This document shows, piece by piece, positions 21,395 through 34,655 of a stretch of DNA of 64,000 bases; position 1 is the first letter of the stretch, and every line of letters begins with the position of its first letter. The position numbers and the translations under genes are program-made. The stretch is from Verrucomicrobiota bacterium (GTDB lineage: Bacteria > Verrucomicrobiota > Verrucomicrobiia > Opitutales > Coraliomargaritaceae): positions 15,170 through 79,169 of the forward strand of contig JBCBZJ010000015.1 of the NCBI GenBank assembly GCA_039815375.1, read 5' to 3'. Below the pieces are notes generated by a model. That model saw only the letters and a list, made by a program, of their open reading frames with translations. It had not been told where the DNA came from and ran no database searches.

Positions 21395-21893
21395 GACTAG
21401 CAGAAAATCGAAACCGGCGAAGGTTAGGTGCGCCCCTAGGACTGTCAACCCCATGCTAACAGGAGTGCGATTGCATGTGTTACGCAAGACTCAGCGAAAA
21501 TACCTTTCTGGAAAGGTCAAAATGAGCCTTGGCTAGATTTCTCGTTGACGGGCTCAACACTCATTTTTCGAGTTTCCCGCCTTTGGGAGGGTAAAGTCAC
21601 GATTATGGCGTTTCGGGCACTTTTCATTGATTTGATTGGTGCTCGGTAAAGCTTTGTTCCAGTATTACGATAGCGTCACTAGCCATAGATGAAAGGGTAG
21701 ATTCTGTCAGGATGACGCTTTGGCTTAGTGAATACACCGGATCGCTTGGAACTTTTTGTGCAGGAACGACTTGGCAAAGCTGCCAACTACCACGAATCAT
21801 TCAGAAGCAGTTTTGGGAATGCGATCCAGAAACAATGCAAAAGGCCAGCTATTCTCGTGATTCTTGCAGAGTCCTCTAGTTTACTTCGTTGAA

Positions 21894-23318
21894 TCAAATC
21901 AATTCGCTGAGTTTCAGATTGGCTTGGGCGCAGTTCTTCAACGAAACGACATCATCCAAATAGGCACGAACAGCTGAGTCGACCGTGGCGACGATTTTCG
22001 TGCCCTCGTTGTTGCCGTAGGATTCAAAGCTCTGCTTGAAACTTCCAAGTGTGACTGTTTCAGCCGGACGTCCGGGCTGGTAAGCGCGGTTGCGTTCTTC
22101 CTCAATGGTTTTGCCCTCAATCGGATTAAGGTAACCGAGCTCGCAAAGGCGAGCGATGCTGGAGTTCATGATGTGGCTGGGCACCCTCAACCTCTGGAGA
22201 ATTTCACTGGCCTGAATCGGCCGCTCACCCTTTTGGAAACGTCTCATCGCCATGAGAAGGATACTCAGCGATATGGCTTCTCGGGCTCGTTCACTGATCT
22301 TCTGCCAGGCATTTTCATTGGTCAGATAGTCGGCGTTTTGAACTGCATAGGTGACTTGGCCACCAAGTAGAATGAGAAGCCAGAAAACGTAGAGTCCCAG
22401 CATCAGTACAACGATGATGCCGACTGAGCCATATAGGCTATTGGTCTGAACAACCCGGTCTACATAGAGGAACGATACGAGTCGGTAGAATTCGAGCGAA
22501 AGGACGACGACAATACTTCCGCAAAAAGCAGGGCCCCATTTTACCTGTGTGTTTGGAATAAATCTGAAGAAGACCGCCAGCAGCGAACTGATCATTATGA
22601 AGCTAATGATTGGAGCAAACAATAGAAAGAGATTCGCCAGCAGTTCACCCATGGGTAATGTTTCCATGCGCGAAACAACTGCATTCAGGGTGATTAGTGT
22701 TACAGAGAGTGTGCCGAGCACTGCACCCAGACTGATAAATGTCCAGTAGGTGACAATGCGTTCCCCGAGTTTACGCCCCTGTGTGACGCCCCACAAAGTG
22801 TTAAACGAGCCTTCGATTGAGCTGAGCACTTGCAGGCCGATGACAAAGAGCATGATAAGACCGACTGCTCCGACCGCTCCGGATGATGCAGCTTCACTGA
22901 ATTGCCCGATCATCTGCAAGACCTGTTCTTCCATTGCGTTTTCTGTATCGCCTGCCTCGAGTTCAATCTGAGGTGCCGCCCAAGCGATCACATCGTAGAT
23001 GCGCGCCAGAATAACTTCTTCGCTCCCTTTCTCGAGTGCGAAGCCGGACACCATGATACCGAGTGCGACAAGTGGACCGATCCCGATGAGTGAGTAGAAT
23101 GTGAGCGCTGCGGCCTGAACCGGAATCTTGTTTCGCCTCAATCCCTGCCAGGTGAGTGTGAGCACACGCAAGAGATGGTAAAGACGTGCCCGCACGGTTT
23201 TTCGACCGAGGTGTTCAAGCTCCCAAATGTCGCGCCCCATCAAAGCTTTGGTGCGGTGGGCGTATTGCTTGATCTCACTTAAGCCCAAGGACATTTTCTT
23301 TGAATTCTCTTCTGCCAA
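21894..23318 (-). CDS. YihY/BrkB-family membrane protein with winged-helix-like C-terminus
   Basis: AAALTFYSL, SIEGSFNTLW, FRFIPNTQV, LYGSVG..., IILLGGQ-type helix. Confidence 0.85.
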   Translation of the reverse strand: MAEENSKKMSLGLSEIKQYAHRTKALMGRDIWELEHLGRKTVRARLYHLLRVLTLTWQGLRRNKIPVQAAALTFYSLIGIGPLVALGIMVSGFALEKGSEEVILARIYDVIAWAAPQIELEAGDTENAMEEQVLQMIGQFSEAASSGAVGAVGLIMLFVIGLQVLSSIEGSFNTLWGVTQGRKLGERIVTYWTFISLGAVLGTLSVTLITLNAVVSRMETLPMGELLANLFLLFAPIISFIMISSLLAVFFRFIPNTQVKWGPAFCGSIVVVLSLEFYRLVSFLYVDRVVQTNSLYGSVGIIVVLMLGLYVFWLLILLGGQVTYAVQNADYLTNENAWQKISERAREAISLSILLMAMRRFQKGERPIQASEILQRLRVPSHIMNSSIARLCELGYLNPIEGKTIEEERNRAYQPGRPAETVTLGSFKQSFESYGNNEGTKIVATVDSAVRAYLDDVVSLKNCAQANLKLSELI

Positions 23319-23341
23319 AACACGAGGCTACAAGACCGTAG

Positions 23342-24151
23342 CTATTGCGCGATTAGATTGATTTGGACGATACTGTAGAATTCGTCGAAGCGCCCACTGA
23401 TGGCAAGGTAAGCAAGAATACCGTTGCAGCCAATTCCCATCAGGATTGCGGCAATCATGACGGAGATTTTCTGAGTTATAGTGGCGAGGAAAACACCAAT
23501 CCCGCCCAGTCCAAAAAGTAGCATAAGTTGAGGGTCGCCGATCGCCCATCCGAGGTAGACGCCGAAGCCCAACCCGATCATACTACGTCCGCGGATAAGG
23601 GGGTAGATATCGGTAACGGATAGAAGGAGCAGGACTGCCATAAAAAGGTCGAACACACCGAGCAGAAGGAAGGGGTAGTTGGGTAAGCTGGAGTAGAGCT
23701 GCTCGTCGACTGCTCCCTGAATGATGGCAAGGTGTGGGAAAATGAATGAGACGGCCGAGAGCAGCATCATCAGGCCGAGTGTCATGGATGCAAGGGCGAC
23801 GGCGCGCTCGAAGCTTTTTTGGCTTTGCCTCAGGTGGCGGGTTTCCTTGGTATCGGCTTCCGCTGCCTTAAGCATATCCTCAACGTTGATTCCATCTTCC
23901 TCCTCCGCCTCTTCATTCTCTGAAGAATCTTCATTGTCTTCGATTTTCAAGCTGAGTTTTTCGCGCTCGGGGAAGACATGAGTCTTGAGCTCTTCATTGA
24001 GTGCAATCGGGATCCATTCTTCTTTGGTCTCGTCGTAATAGAGGGTGTTTTCCGTGATCTGCCCGGCATCGGCCAGCGTTGCAAGTTTCGCCACGTCGAA
24101 GGGACCTCGCGACTCGTCCTGTTCCGGAGTTCGGATGTAGTATTCAGCCAT
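23342..24151 (-). CDS. GYF_2 (DUF4339)-like domain membrane protein
   Basis: YYIR...SRGPFDVAKLATLADAGQITENTL...WIP, then five or six TM helices. Confidence 0.7.
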   Translation of the reverse strand: MAEYYIRTPEQDESRGPFDVAKLATLADAGQITENTLYYDETKEEWIPIALNEELKTHVFPEREKLSLKIEDNEDSSENEEAEEEDGINVEDMLKAAEADTKETRHLRQSQKSFERAVALASMTLGLMMLLSAVSFIFPHLAIIQGAVDEQLYSSLPNYPFLLLGVFDLFMAVLLLLSVTDIYPLIRGRSMIGLGFGVYLGWAIGDPQLMLLFGLGGIGVFLATITQKISVMIAAILMGIGCNGILAYLAISGRFDEFYSIVQINLIAQ

Positions 24152-24473
24152 CTTATAAAGATTAAATGAAGGTTCCTTGTTTTGCGCAGTTATTCCTTGT
24201 TTTTGATGAACGATTGGAGGGTATCTAAAATCGATTCATGGCGCAGTGATTTTGATATATAGTGCTGTATTCCCACCTTCTTGCAGGTAATCTCTCGAAT
24301 TCTTCGAGCAAGCTCCTTCTGTGTCTACCCAGTATGTCTTGGAGGTCGACGAGTTTTTTTGAAAACATCAGTGCTATTGTTCATGAAATAGTGAGCGCTT
24401 TCTTGAGTCTATTTGTTCATCCTGCACGCCTGCGAAGGAAGGCCAAGCTTATATCCGTTTACGGTCTATTGAC

Positions 24474-24503
24474 AAAAAAGCCCCTCCATTGCGGAGGGGC
24501 TTT
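24474..24503 (-). terminator. intrinsic terminator after ppdK
   Basis: Minus strand reads AAAGCCCCTCC-gcaat-GGAGGGGC-TTTTTT. Confidence 0.85.
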
Positions 24504-24527
24504 GTGAAATGAAACCTAAAAGAAGGA

Positions 24528-27269
<2,742 letters not shown>

Positions 27270-27479
27270 GGGAGCGACCGTATATGTGGATCGAGTTGGG
27301 TCCGAATTTGCCGTCTTAGGGCGCCTTCGGAGCGGAAAAACGGTGTAGCAAATCTATTTCGAGATCGCTGTCAATGGATTAGGACTTCCCTTGGCGTTAA
27401 GATTGAGAAACCGATTGGTCTAGAATAATGAACTCATTGGGGTTGCCAGTCGGCGATGCAGTTGCCTTTTTCCTTCCGA

Positions 27480-28568
27480 ATGAGCGATAAGCCACCGAAC
27501 GACGAAGAAGAGAACCTGGGTTCTGACGAGCCGAAGGATGATGCCTCTTTGCCCGAAGACGAAGTTCAAGGAGAGTTCGATGGCATGGACGGTGAACAGG
27601 CGGACGAGACCTCACCCCTTCCCGATGAAGAAGTCTCGGAAGACTACGGTCTTGATGAGAGGGATGCTCCGAAAGAGCCACGCTCGGTAGCGAATCGGCA
27701 GACGGAAGAGTCCGACAATACCGAGGACATCGTTGACTGGGAAGACGACTACTCAGACGATTACTCGGACGACTACTCGGATGATGACGAGGATGAAGAG
27801 AACGGAAACGGGATGTCTTTTCTCGATCATCTGGAAGAGTTTCGTTGGACGGTTGCCAGGAGTGCGATCGCCTTTATTCTTGGGGTTGCGATCGTCGTGA
27901 TCTTTCACAAAGACATTGCTGATTGGATTCAGATTCCATTACACAAAGCATATGGTTCCGCAGAGGTCGCTCGCGATAACTTGATTACTTACAAAGCGAT
28001 GGGGGTCATTACCGTCTTCTTTCAGATCGCTTTGCTTGGAGGACTGACCTTGTCCATGCCCTTCATGCTCTATTTTGCCGGGAGTTTTGTTGCTCCGGGT
28101 TTGACTGACAAGGAAAAGAAGATTTTGCGCCCGTCCTGTTTTGCCGCGTTTATCTTATTTTTAACCGGGGTGGCCTTCGCGTTCTTTATCATCCTACCGC
28201 TGGCGCTTGGATTTACAGTGCGTCTGAATCAGAGGCTCGGCTTCGATATTTTTTGGGCAGCCTCGGACTATTATAATATGGTGGTTTGGTTCTCGTTGGC
28301 GATAGGAGCCTTCTTTCAGTTCCCTCTCATCGTTGTGCTGCTTGTTTATATCGGAATCCTGACGACTGAGAAATTAAGACGTGCGCGTCGACTCGTTTTC
28401 GTCGGACTAATGATCTTTTCGGCGCTGGTTTCCCCGGGAGGGGATCCGATTTCCCTGACCGTAACGACTGGCTTCATGTACGGGCTCTATGAACTCGCGA
28501 TCTGGGTCGGTAGTCGAATCGAGGCCAAAAAGCGCGAGGCGGAGCTTGATGAGCGAGAGGAGGAGTAA
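27480..28568 (+). CDS. tatC: twin-arginine translocase subunit TatC with long acidic N-terminal extension
   Basis: [39 protein letters not shown]. Confidence 0.93.
   Translation: MSDKPPNDEEENLGSDEPKDDASLPEDEVQGEFDGMDGEQADETSPLPDEEVSEDYGLDERDAPKEPRSVANRQTEESDNTEDIVDWEDDYSDDYSDDYSDDDEDEENGNGMSFLDHLEEFRWTVARSAIAFILGVAIVVIFHKDIADWIQIPLHKAYGSAEVARDNLITYKAMGVITVFFQIALLGGLTLSMPFMLYFAGSFVAPGLTDKEKKILRPSCFAAFILFLTGVAFAFFIILPLALGFTVRLNQRLGFDIFWAASDYYNMVVWFSLAIGAFFQFPLIVVLLVYIGILTTEKLRRARRLVFVGLMIFSALVSPGGDPISLTVTTGFMYGLYELAIWVGSRIEAKKREAELDEREEE
27744..27779 (+). repeat. 3 x 12-nt in-frame tandem repeat (DDYS)3 in tatC
   Basis: GACGACTACTCA GACGATTACTCG GACGACTACTCG. Confidence 0.85.
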
Positions 28569-28740
28569 CTCTTATACCCTCTCTGCACTTTATCTGGCCA
28601 AAACATAGGAGGCACCGCGCTCTGAAACGAGCGAAGCACTTTGTGCGCGTGCTGCACTACAACCGACTAAAATGATCTGTAGATAGGGTCAGAAAAACTC
28701 AGACGCTGTACTTTGCCTGATCGTGCTTGGCTGGGCAATT

Positions 28741-29766
28741 TTAGGGCAGTTTCAACACCATAATGTAACTACCTATGTCTTCATCATCAGTGCCGAGGAT
28801 AAATCCGTTACTAACAGAGTCGCCCACAAATTCTATGGCTTCCACCTTTTTACCATATCCGCGAATGAATAGATCCGTTAATGGTATGTAAGGCTTTTGT
28901 GCATCTTCAAAGTTGCTCACACTAATAAATTCACCGATCTCGTATAACGTGCTGGCAAATGGACCATCATCGCCACCATCGAATGCTGAGGAGATATAAG
29001 TAGTGCCTTCCGGGTTTGAAATTTTTAAATCCGATACGAGTCGAGTTTGTGAATCATTGCTCCACTTGGGCCGTGGCCATTTAACATCATCCTGCTCAAT
29101 GTAATACTTTTTCGAATCATTGAAGGAAAGTTCGGAACTGCTATTAACAAAGTCAGCCGCAAACATACGCGCCGAATGATCTCTCGACCCTCGGCTTGAC
29201 CAGACAATTTTTGTATTGCCACTACTTTGGTTCACAAAAAAAGCGACCGACTCGATTTGCTCTGCGCTACTGTTCTTGCCGGACAATGTTAATTTTCCCT
29301 CTCCAGCGAGCAGGTTATCAATCTGGTCAATGCCGTTTATTGTAAAACGCCAGTAGCGACCGCTGGAGGTTGTAGCGACGAACTGTTGATTCAAATCAAG
29401 TGTATTGGGAACAGCTGCAACACTTTCTAGGTCTTTGAGATTATCGGGATAGCCAGTGGGCCAGATGAGTTCGATTACTCCGATCACTTTAAAATTACTA
29501 TCCAGATTAATCATCACCGTTCGGGGCTCATCGCTATTTCTGTTATCAAGCACCCCCAGGAAGCTGTAAGCAGCGTTGTGTCTGGGTGGAGTAATGCGAG
29601 CTAGGCCCGACAATCCTTCAAGGGGCCCTGGGGAGGGAGAAGTAAATTCCAATTTTTGCCAGCGCCCCTCCTCGTTTGCTACAATCAATGGACTGAAGCT
29701 CAAAAAGCCTAAAAATAATAATAAGTGATTTAAGCTTAGGAGGCGTGAAGGTTTTATTGGATACAT
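28741..29766 (-). CDS. AT-rich secreted hypothetical protein (possible beta-propeller)
   Basis: Signal-like N-terminus; repeated EGLSGLA / DLESVAA / QIESVAF / KVEAIEF...LGTDDED blade-like motifs. Confidence 0.6.
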   Translation of the reverse strand: MYPIKPSRLLSLNHLLLFLGFLSFSPLIVANEEGRWQKLEFTSPSPGPLEGLSGLARITPPRHNAAYSFLGVLDNRNSDEPRTVMINLDSNFKVIGVIELIWPTGYPDNLKDLESVAAVPNTLDLNQQFVATTSSGRYWRFTINGIDQIDNLLAGEGKLTLSGKNSSAEQIESVAFFVNQSSGNTKIVWSSRGSRDHSARMFAADFVNSSSELSFNDSKKYYIEQDDVKWPRPKWSNDSQTRLVSDLKISNPEGTTYISSAFDGGDDGPFASTLYEIGEFISVSNFEDAQKPYIPLTDLFIRGYGKKVEAIEFVGDSVSNGFILGTDDEDIGSYIMVLKLP

Positions 29767-29974
29767 TATTTTCGGTGGATTTATGCTGAATTTAACTCTG
29801 GTTAACGCGGTTAGTAAGAATCTAAATGAGGTCAAATAAATAACGGTAAATAAATATGAGTCGTCCGCAACTCCAGTAGGCGTAGGTTCATGTTAGGCTT
29901 CTCGCAGTAGAAGAGTATAGCGACTTTGAACTTGTTCTGTTTTGGGTGACCGACCACTTAGCATCGAAAACACG

Positions 29975-30053
29975 AAGGTAGGGACGGCTGCCCTCAATCG
30001 TCCACCGTGCCTGTCCGATGTGATGGACGCCCGAGGGCAGGCGTCCCTACCTT
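29975..30053. repeat. GTAG-type REP pair (REPIN-like hairpin)
   Basis: AAGGTAGGGACGGCTGCCCTCAATCGTCCA...TGGACGCCCGAGGGCAGGCGTCCCTACCTT; inverted arms begin with GTAG. Confidence 0.75.
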
Positions 30054-30158
30054 TCTGGGAACGCCTTCATTCGGCAGCCTCTTTTCAGGGCACCCAGCAC
30101 TGCATCGCGAAATTCTCCGGCTCTTTCGTCCGGGTAGGCGACTGTAGATTCGTGTGCT

Positions 30159-30187
30159 AAAAAAAAGCCGCCCGGATCGGGGCGGCT
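30159..30187 (-). terminator. intrinsic terminator
   Basis: Minus strand reads AGCCGCCCC-gat-CCGGGCGGC-TTTTTTTT. Confidence 0.8.
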
Positions 30188-30209
30188 CTCAATAAAATGT
30201 TTATCCAGC

Positions 30210-30473
30210 TTACTCAGCCTTTTCAGCTCTTTGTTTGAGCTGGTCCATCAGCACAACAAGGAACATGTAAATGGCGAACCAGAAGGTTGCCGCTACAGGG
30301 AATGCGGCGAAACAGGCCTGCGCCTGAGCAATCAGCGGGTCTGGCGAGAAGGTGAACGGGCGCAGGGTGAAAGCCATGAATCCATAGAAGCAGAGCGTGA
30401 GAGCATTCGCAATCACATGGTGCACGGGCTTAAGCAACTGTTGGTAGGACTTTTCCATTTCTTCTCTAGCCAA
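30210..30473 (-). CDS. small two-TM hypothetical membrane protein
   Basis: 87-aa ORF with two hydrophobic segments, followed by a terminator. Confidence 0.65.
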   Translation of the reverse strand: MAREEMEKSYQQLLKPVHHVIANALTLCFYGFMAFTLRPFTFSPDPLIAQAQACFAAFPVAATFWFAIYMFLVVLMDQLKQRAEKAE

Positions 30474-30503
30474 TGGCCGAGTGCTCGGCTGTCAAAACGA
30501 AAG

Positions 30504-31439
30504 TTACGAATCAAGTCCTCGATTTTCTTTGCGGCTGCTTATGACAAATGCTGCAGAGCATAGACCAGCTAACAGAGCAAATAGTCGGAATTCGGGCACG
30601 GGGTTGGCAGCGATGAAGGCATCGATTTCTTCCGAATAATTTCCCAGATAAGAGAAACCGCTGAAATTCCCAACCGATGAGAACCAGTTTAGCCCGATTA
30701 TGGTCAGGCCACCCATGCCGTCATCAACCAACACCGGGCCGCCTGAATCACCGGCTCTGAGGAAAGCCTCGGAACTTACGTAATTCGGATCGAGGACATC
30801 GTCATACACAGCGACTACTGCCTCGTGGGTTCCTTCATAATCAACCCACCAGATATCCAGTACATTCCTGCCAACAGCGATGTCCTGGGTCGTATCCCAG
30901 CCGGGAGTCGGAGAACGCCCGAAGATAAAGGCTGTTTCTTCATAGTAGGGTGCGGAAGAGATATCGTATGCTCCGCTTGGAAAAGCCTGGTCGAAGGTTT
31001 CCGTTGCGTAATCGTAGTAAGCGTAGTTGGAGGGCAGAGGTGAATCCAGAACTCCAATCCGTACGTCGCTTGAGCCGATCTGCTGGCTGCTTTGAACGGT
31101 TCTTGTAGTTGAACCACCTAAAGGATCATTCGATGCATAGAAAGTAACCGACTGACCGTTGTTGGGGAAAAAGGTCGAATGCTGCACCGAAAGGAAGACA
31201 TTCGGGCTGATCATGGTCAGCCAACGACCGTCGGTGTCTGAGTCAGTCAATGGTGCTTCATCTGCAATCGCAACTCCTGAAAAGTCCAATCCGGCTCCAA
31301 TGAACGATGCGTCGTTGGCGAACCTGTCGTTCGTTAGCGTATCAAAGTTGTCGATATTGATAGCTCCGTTCACGGAGCTGCACAAAAGAAGTGTAACGAG
31401 CAGGGTAGTTATGTTCTTGAGGGGAAACACCCTAGACAA
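30504..31439 (-). CDS. secreted trypsin-like serine protease with PEP-CTERM-like sorting tail
   Basis: Signal peptide; ISPNVFLSVQH (His), SDVRIGVL (Asp), GDSGGP (Ser); C-terminal VPEF-TM-RK. Confidence 0.75.
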   Translation of the reverse strand: MSRVFPLKNITTLLVTLLLCSSVNGAINIDNFDTLTNDRFANDASFIGAGLDFSGVAIADEAPLTDSDTDGRWLTMISPNVFLSVQHSTFFPNNGQSVTFYASNDPLGGSTTRTVQSSQQIGSSDVRIGVLDSPLPSNYAYYDYATETFDQAFPSGAYDISSAPYYEETAFIFGRSPTPGWDTTQDIAVGRNVLDIWWVDYEGTHEAVVAVYDDVLDPNYVSSEAFLRAGDSGGPVLVDDGMGGLTIIGLNWFSSVGNFSGFSYLGNYSEEIDAFIAANPVPEFRLFALLAGLCSAAFVISSRKENRGLDS

Positions 31440-31471
31440 ACTGCATATTTCTTAAGATTTGTAAACCTGCA

Positions 31472-32227
31472 TTACTGCTTAGCTCTGAGCCCAATCAGAA
31501 ACTCGCGGTTGCCATCCGTGCCCTTGATGGGCGAGTCCGTTGTTCCGATGAGTTCGGCACCTGGCAGCTCAGAGAGTGCAAAGTTGCGGATTTCGCTGAG
31601 CACACGCTCATGTATGGCCTCATCGCGAATAATCCCGCGAGCGGCATCGACTTCCTCTTTTCTGGCTTCGAACTGAGGTTTAATCAGTGCGATCAGGCAG
31701 CCGCCTGTTTCCAGGAATTGCCAGACTGCGGCCAAAACTTTAGTCAGCGAGATGAAAGACAAGTCCATTACAATAAGCGGATAGGTATCGCAGGGTAGGT
31801 CGCCGGGTTTGAGGTGGCGTGCATTCGTCTTTTCTAAATTGGTGACGCGTGGGTCCTGAATCAGTTTATTGTGCATCTGGGCTCGACCCACATCAACACA
31901 GGTCGCGCGGATTGCTCCGCGTTGAAGACAGCAATCGGTGAAGCCGCCTGTCGACGCGCCAACGTCGAGAATGTGAAACCCTTCGACTGGAATCTCAAAT
32001 TCATCCAAGAATCCTTCCAGCTTTTCACCGCCGCGACTAACAAAACGCGGCGGTTTTTCGACGATTAGTTCGGTATCCCGGGAAAGTGCTCTTCCGGGTT
32101 TATCCAGTCGTTCCGTGCCGAGCAGAACCTTGCCCGCGAGGATGAGCGCCTTTGCCTGCGAGCGGGAGTCTGCCAGACCTTTATCAACCAGTAGTTCATC
32201 CAGGCGAATCTTCTTGTTGGCCGACAT
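31472..32227 (-). CDS. tlyA: TlyA-family rRNA (cytidine-2'-O)-methyltransferase
   Basis: S4 domain [49 protein letters not shown]. Confidence 0.93.
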   Translation of the reverse strand: MSANKKIRLDELLVDKGLADSRSQAKALILAGKVLLGTERLDKPGRALSRDTELIVEKPPRFVSRGGEKLEGFLDEFEIPVEGFHILDVGASTGGFTDCCLQRGAIRATCVDVGRAQMHNKLIQDPRVTNLEKTNARHLKPGDLPCDTYPLIVMDLSFISLTKVLAAVWQFLETGGCLIALIKPQFEARKEEVDAARGIIRDEAIHERVLSEIRNFALSELPGAELIGTTDSPIKGTDGNREFLIGLRAKQ

Positions 32228-32364
32228 TATTTATTATCCAAGCTCTGGAATCGTTTTTTTCGCAGTTTTGTATGTATGGTATTTTCGATACTCAGAAGTT
32301 TCGAAAATAAGGATTTCAACTAGAGACTCGCAATCTTTTTGATCCTGACAATATTAGTAAGCCT

Positions 32365-33789
32365 ATGTGTCTTAATCGCATCCCCTTATATATTCTGATT
32401 TTCTTTGTTCTGACCAATGGCTCTTTTTCACAAAATCGTATAGGAACGGGTGAGGTCAAAGAAATCTATGAACAGTATTGCCTCTCCTGCCATGCCGCTG
32501 ATCTGAAAGGCGGTCTGGGTAATTCACTGTTGGACCGGTCCACTTGGAAAATGATCGGTCCGGATCTCGATTTTATTGATTATGTGCTCGAAGGTCAGGT
32601 TGAACTTGGGATGCCTGCTTACAAGGGTGTTCTGACTCGGGCACAAGTTCGCTCGCTTGAAGTTTATATTGAGGAAAAGCGCGCCATGGATGATGCGCTA
32701 CCTGCTCCTGTGGCAAATGAAGGAACGTATGAATCAGGTGGATACAGATTCAAGTTGGAAACAGTTGTAGAAGGCTTGGAAATTCCCTGGTCGGTGGCGT
32801 TTCTCCCCAGTGGTGGTTTGTTGATTACGGAGCGGGACACGACAGATTTACACCTTTATCAAGATGGTAAGCTGCACCCGCGAGTCGAAGGTATTCCGGA
32901 TGTCTGGAACAAAGGCCAAGGTGGGCTGATGGAGGTCGCGCTCCATCCTGATTACGAGCAAAATGCTTGGATTTATCTAGCTTACTCGGGCCGGAGCCCG
33001 GAAAACACCGAAGGTAAGGAAGTTGGCATGACAAAAATTGTTCGAGGCCGTATTGTGGATCACATCTGGACAGATCAGGAACTTATCTTTGAAACGCCCA
33101 CTGAAATGCATTCTCCATCGGGGGCTCATTTCGGCACTCGTCTTGTCTTTCAGGATGATTATCTCTTTTTCGGCATTGGTGACCGGGGCAACATGAACTC
33201 TGCTCAGGATCTGAGTCTTCCCAATGGTAAGATTCACCGCATTTTCGACGATGGGCGGATACCCGAGGACAATCCCTTTGCGGAGAAACCAGATGCATAC
33301 CCAACCATCTGGACATTGGGGAACCGCAACCCGCAGGGGCTTGATGCGCACCCCGTTAGCGGCGAACTCTGGGAAACGGAACATGGCCCGAGAGGTGGTG
33401 ATGAGCTGAATTTGATCGAACCGGGCCTGAACTATGGCTGGCCGGTCATTTCCTACGGTATGAATTATAACGGGAAACCAATTACTGATAAAACCGAAGC
33501 ACCCGGCATGGAACAACCCGAATGGCAGTGGACGCCATCCATCGCGGTTTGTGGAATCGATTTCTACGAAGGCGACCGATTCCCGGAATGGAAAAACGAC
33601 CTATTCGTCGGTGGCCTGGCTTCTCAGGAGCTGTGGCGAATACAGATTGAGAACGGCGAGGTCGCCTCGAAGGAAATTATTCTAAAGGATGAAGGCCGCG
33701 TGCGTGATGTTGCGAATGGTCCGGACGGATATCTATACGTTGTGCTCAATAAGCCGGACAAAGTTGCTCGGCTTGTTCCTGCCGAATGA
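32365..33789 (+). CDS. cytochrome c + PQQ-dependent soluble aldose (glucose/sorbosone) dehydrogenase fusion
   Basis: Signal peptide, CLSCH heme motif, [41 protein letters not shown]. Confidence 0.88.
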   Translation: MCLNRIPLYILIFFVLTNGSFSQNRIGTGEVKEIYEQYCLSCHAADLKGGLGNSLLDRSTWKMIGPDLDFIDYVLEGQVELGMPAYKGVLTRAQVRSLEVYIEEKRAMDDALPAPVANEGTYESGGYRFKLETVVEGLEIPWSVAFLPSGGLLITERDTTDLHLYQDGKLHPRVEGIPDVWNKGQGGLMEVALHPDYEQNAWIYLAYSGRSPENTEGKEVGMTKIVRGRIVDHIWTDQELIFETPTEMHSPSGAHFGTRLVFQDDYLFFGIGDRGNMNSAQDLSLPNGKIHRIFDDGRIPEDNPFAEKPDAYPTIWTLGNRNPQGLDAHPVSGELWETEHGPRGGDELNLIEPGLNYGWPVISYGMNYNGKPITDKTEAPGMEQPEWQWTPSIAVCGIDFYEGDRFPEWKNDLFVGGLASQELWRIQIENGEVASKEIILKDEGRVRDVANGPDGYLYVVLNKPDKVARLVPAE

Positions 33790-34625
33790 AACGACCAGTC
33801 GTTGTTTTTAGCTACGACTCGGGATCGCTCGGCGAGGCACTGGCAGGCGAATTTGATTTGCCGTTAGTTGATGCTTCCGGGCTAAAAAAGTCCAGAGCCA
33901 AGGACCGGTTGTGCTTTTACCAACAGCATTCTGTCGAGAGCCGATTTCTAGCTTTTATCGTCTCGGAAGGTGCAGTGCGCATTGCTTTAATCGACGAAAC
34001 TAAAGTGCTGGCCATTGAAGCCGATTTTACCGGAGCGACGGTCAGCTATCGGAGGAAGCACGGAGGAGGTTCAGGACAAATGATCGCCAAAGCAGTAGGC
34101 ATCAAGTCGGGATATGTGCCTGCCGTTCTGGATGCGACTGCAGGACTTGGTGGCGATGCTTTCGTGCTTGCGAGTCTTGGTTGCGAAATGACGTTAATCG
34201 AGCGTGTGCCAAGTGTTCGGGCTATATTGAGGATCGGTTTGCAACGCGCTAAAGAGCACCAAGAGGATGCACAACTAGTAGAAACCCTGGAGCGGATGAA
34301 TCTTTTGGAATTTGATAGCCGTGATTATCTGAAGCTGCTGCCCGAAAAATCCCGACCTGATGTAATCTACCTCGATCCGATGTTCCCTGAACGAACCAAG
34401 TCGGCTGCGGTAAAAAAAGAGATGCGAGTCTTTCACGAGCTGGTTGGCGCAGACTCGGATGCCTGCGAGCTCCTGCCCCTGGCCTTGGAGAGCGTGCGTT
34501 GCAGAGTCGTCGTCAAACGTCCGAGAATTGCTCCTGTATTGGCCGGAGCCTCGCCGAGCTATGTTCTCAAAGGGAAAAGCAATCGCTTCGACATCTATGT
34601 AAAGGAAAAGCTGCCGGATAGTTGA
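33786..34625 (+). CDS. rsmJ: 16S rRNA m2G1516 methyltransferase
   Basis: [56 protein letters not shown]. Confidence 0.9.
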   Translation: MKRPVVVFSYDSGSLGEALAGEFDLPLVDASGLKKSRAKDRLCFYQQHSVESRFLAFIVSEGAVRIALIDETKVLAIEADFTGATVSYRRKHGGGSGQMIAKAVGIKSGYVPAVLDATAGLGGDAFVLASLGCEMTLIERVPSVRAILRIGLQRAKEHQEDAQLVETLERMNLLEFDSRDYLKLLPEKSRPDVIYLDPMFPERTKSAAVKKEMRVFHELVGADSDACELLPLALESVRCRVVVKRPRIAPVLAGASPSYVLKGKSNRFDIYVKEKLPDS

Positions 34626-34655
34626 CCTCAGCACTATTTTCGTTGGGCTGAAGCC

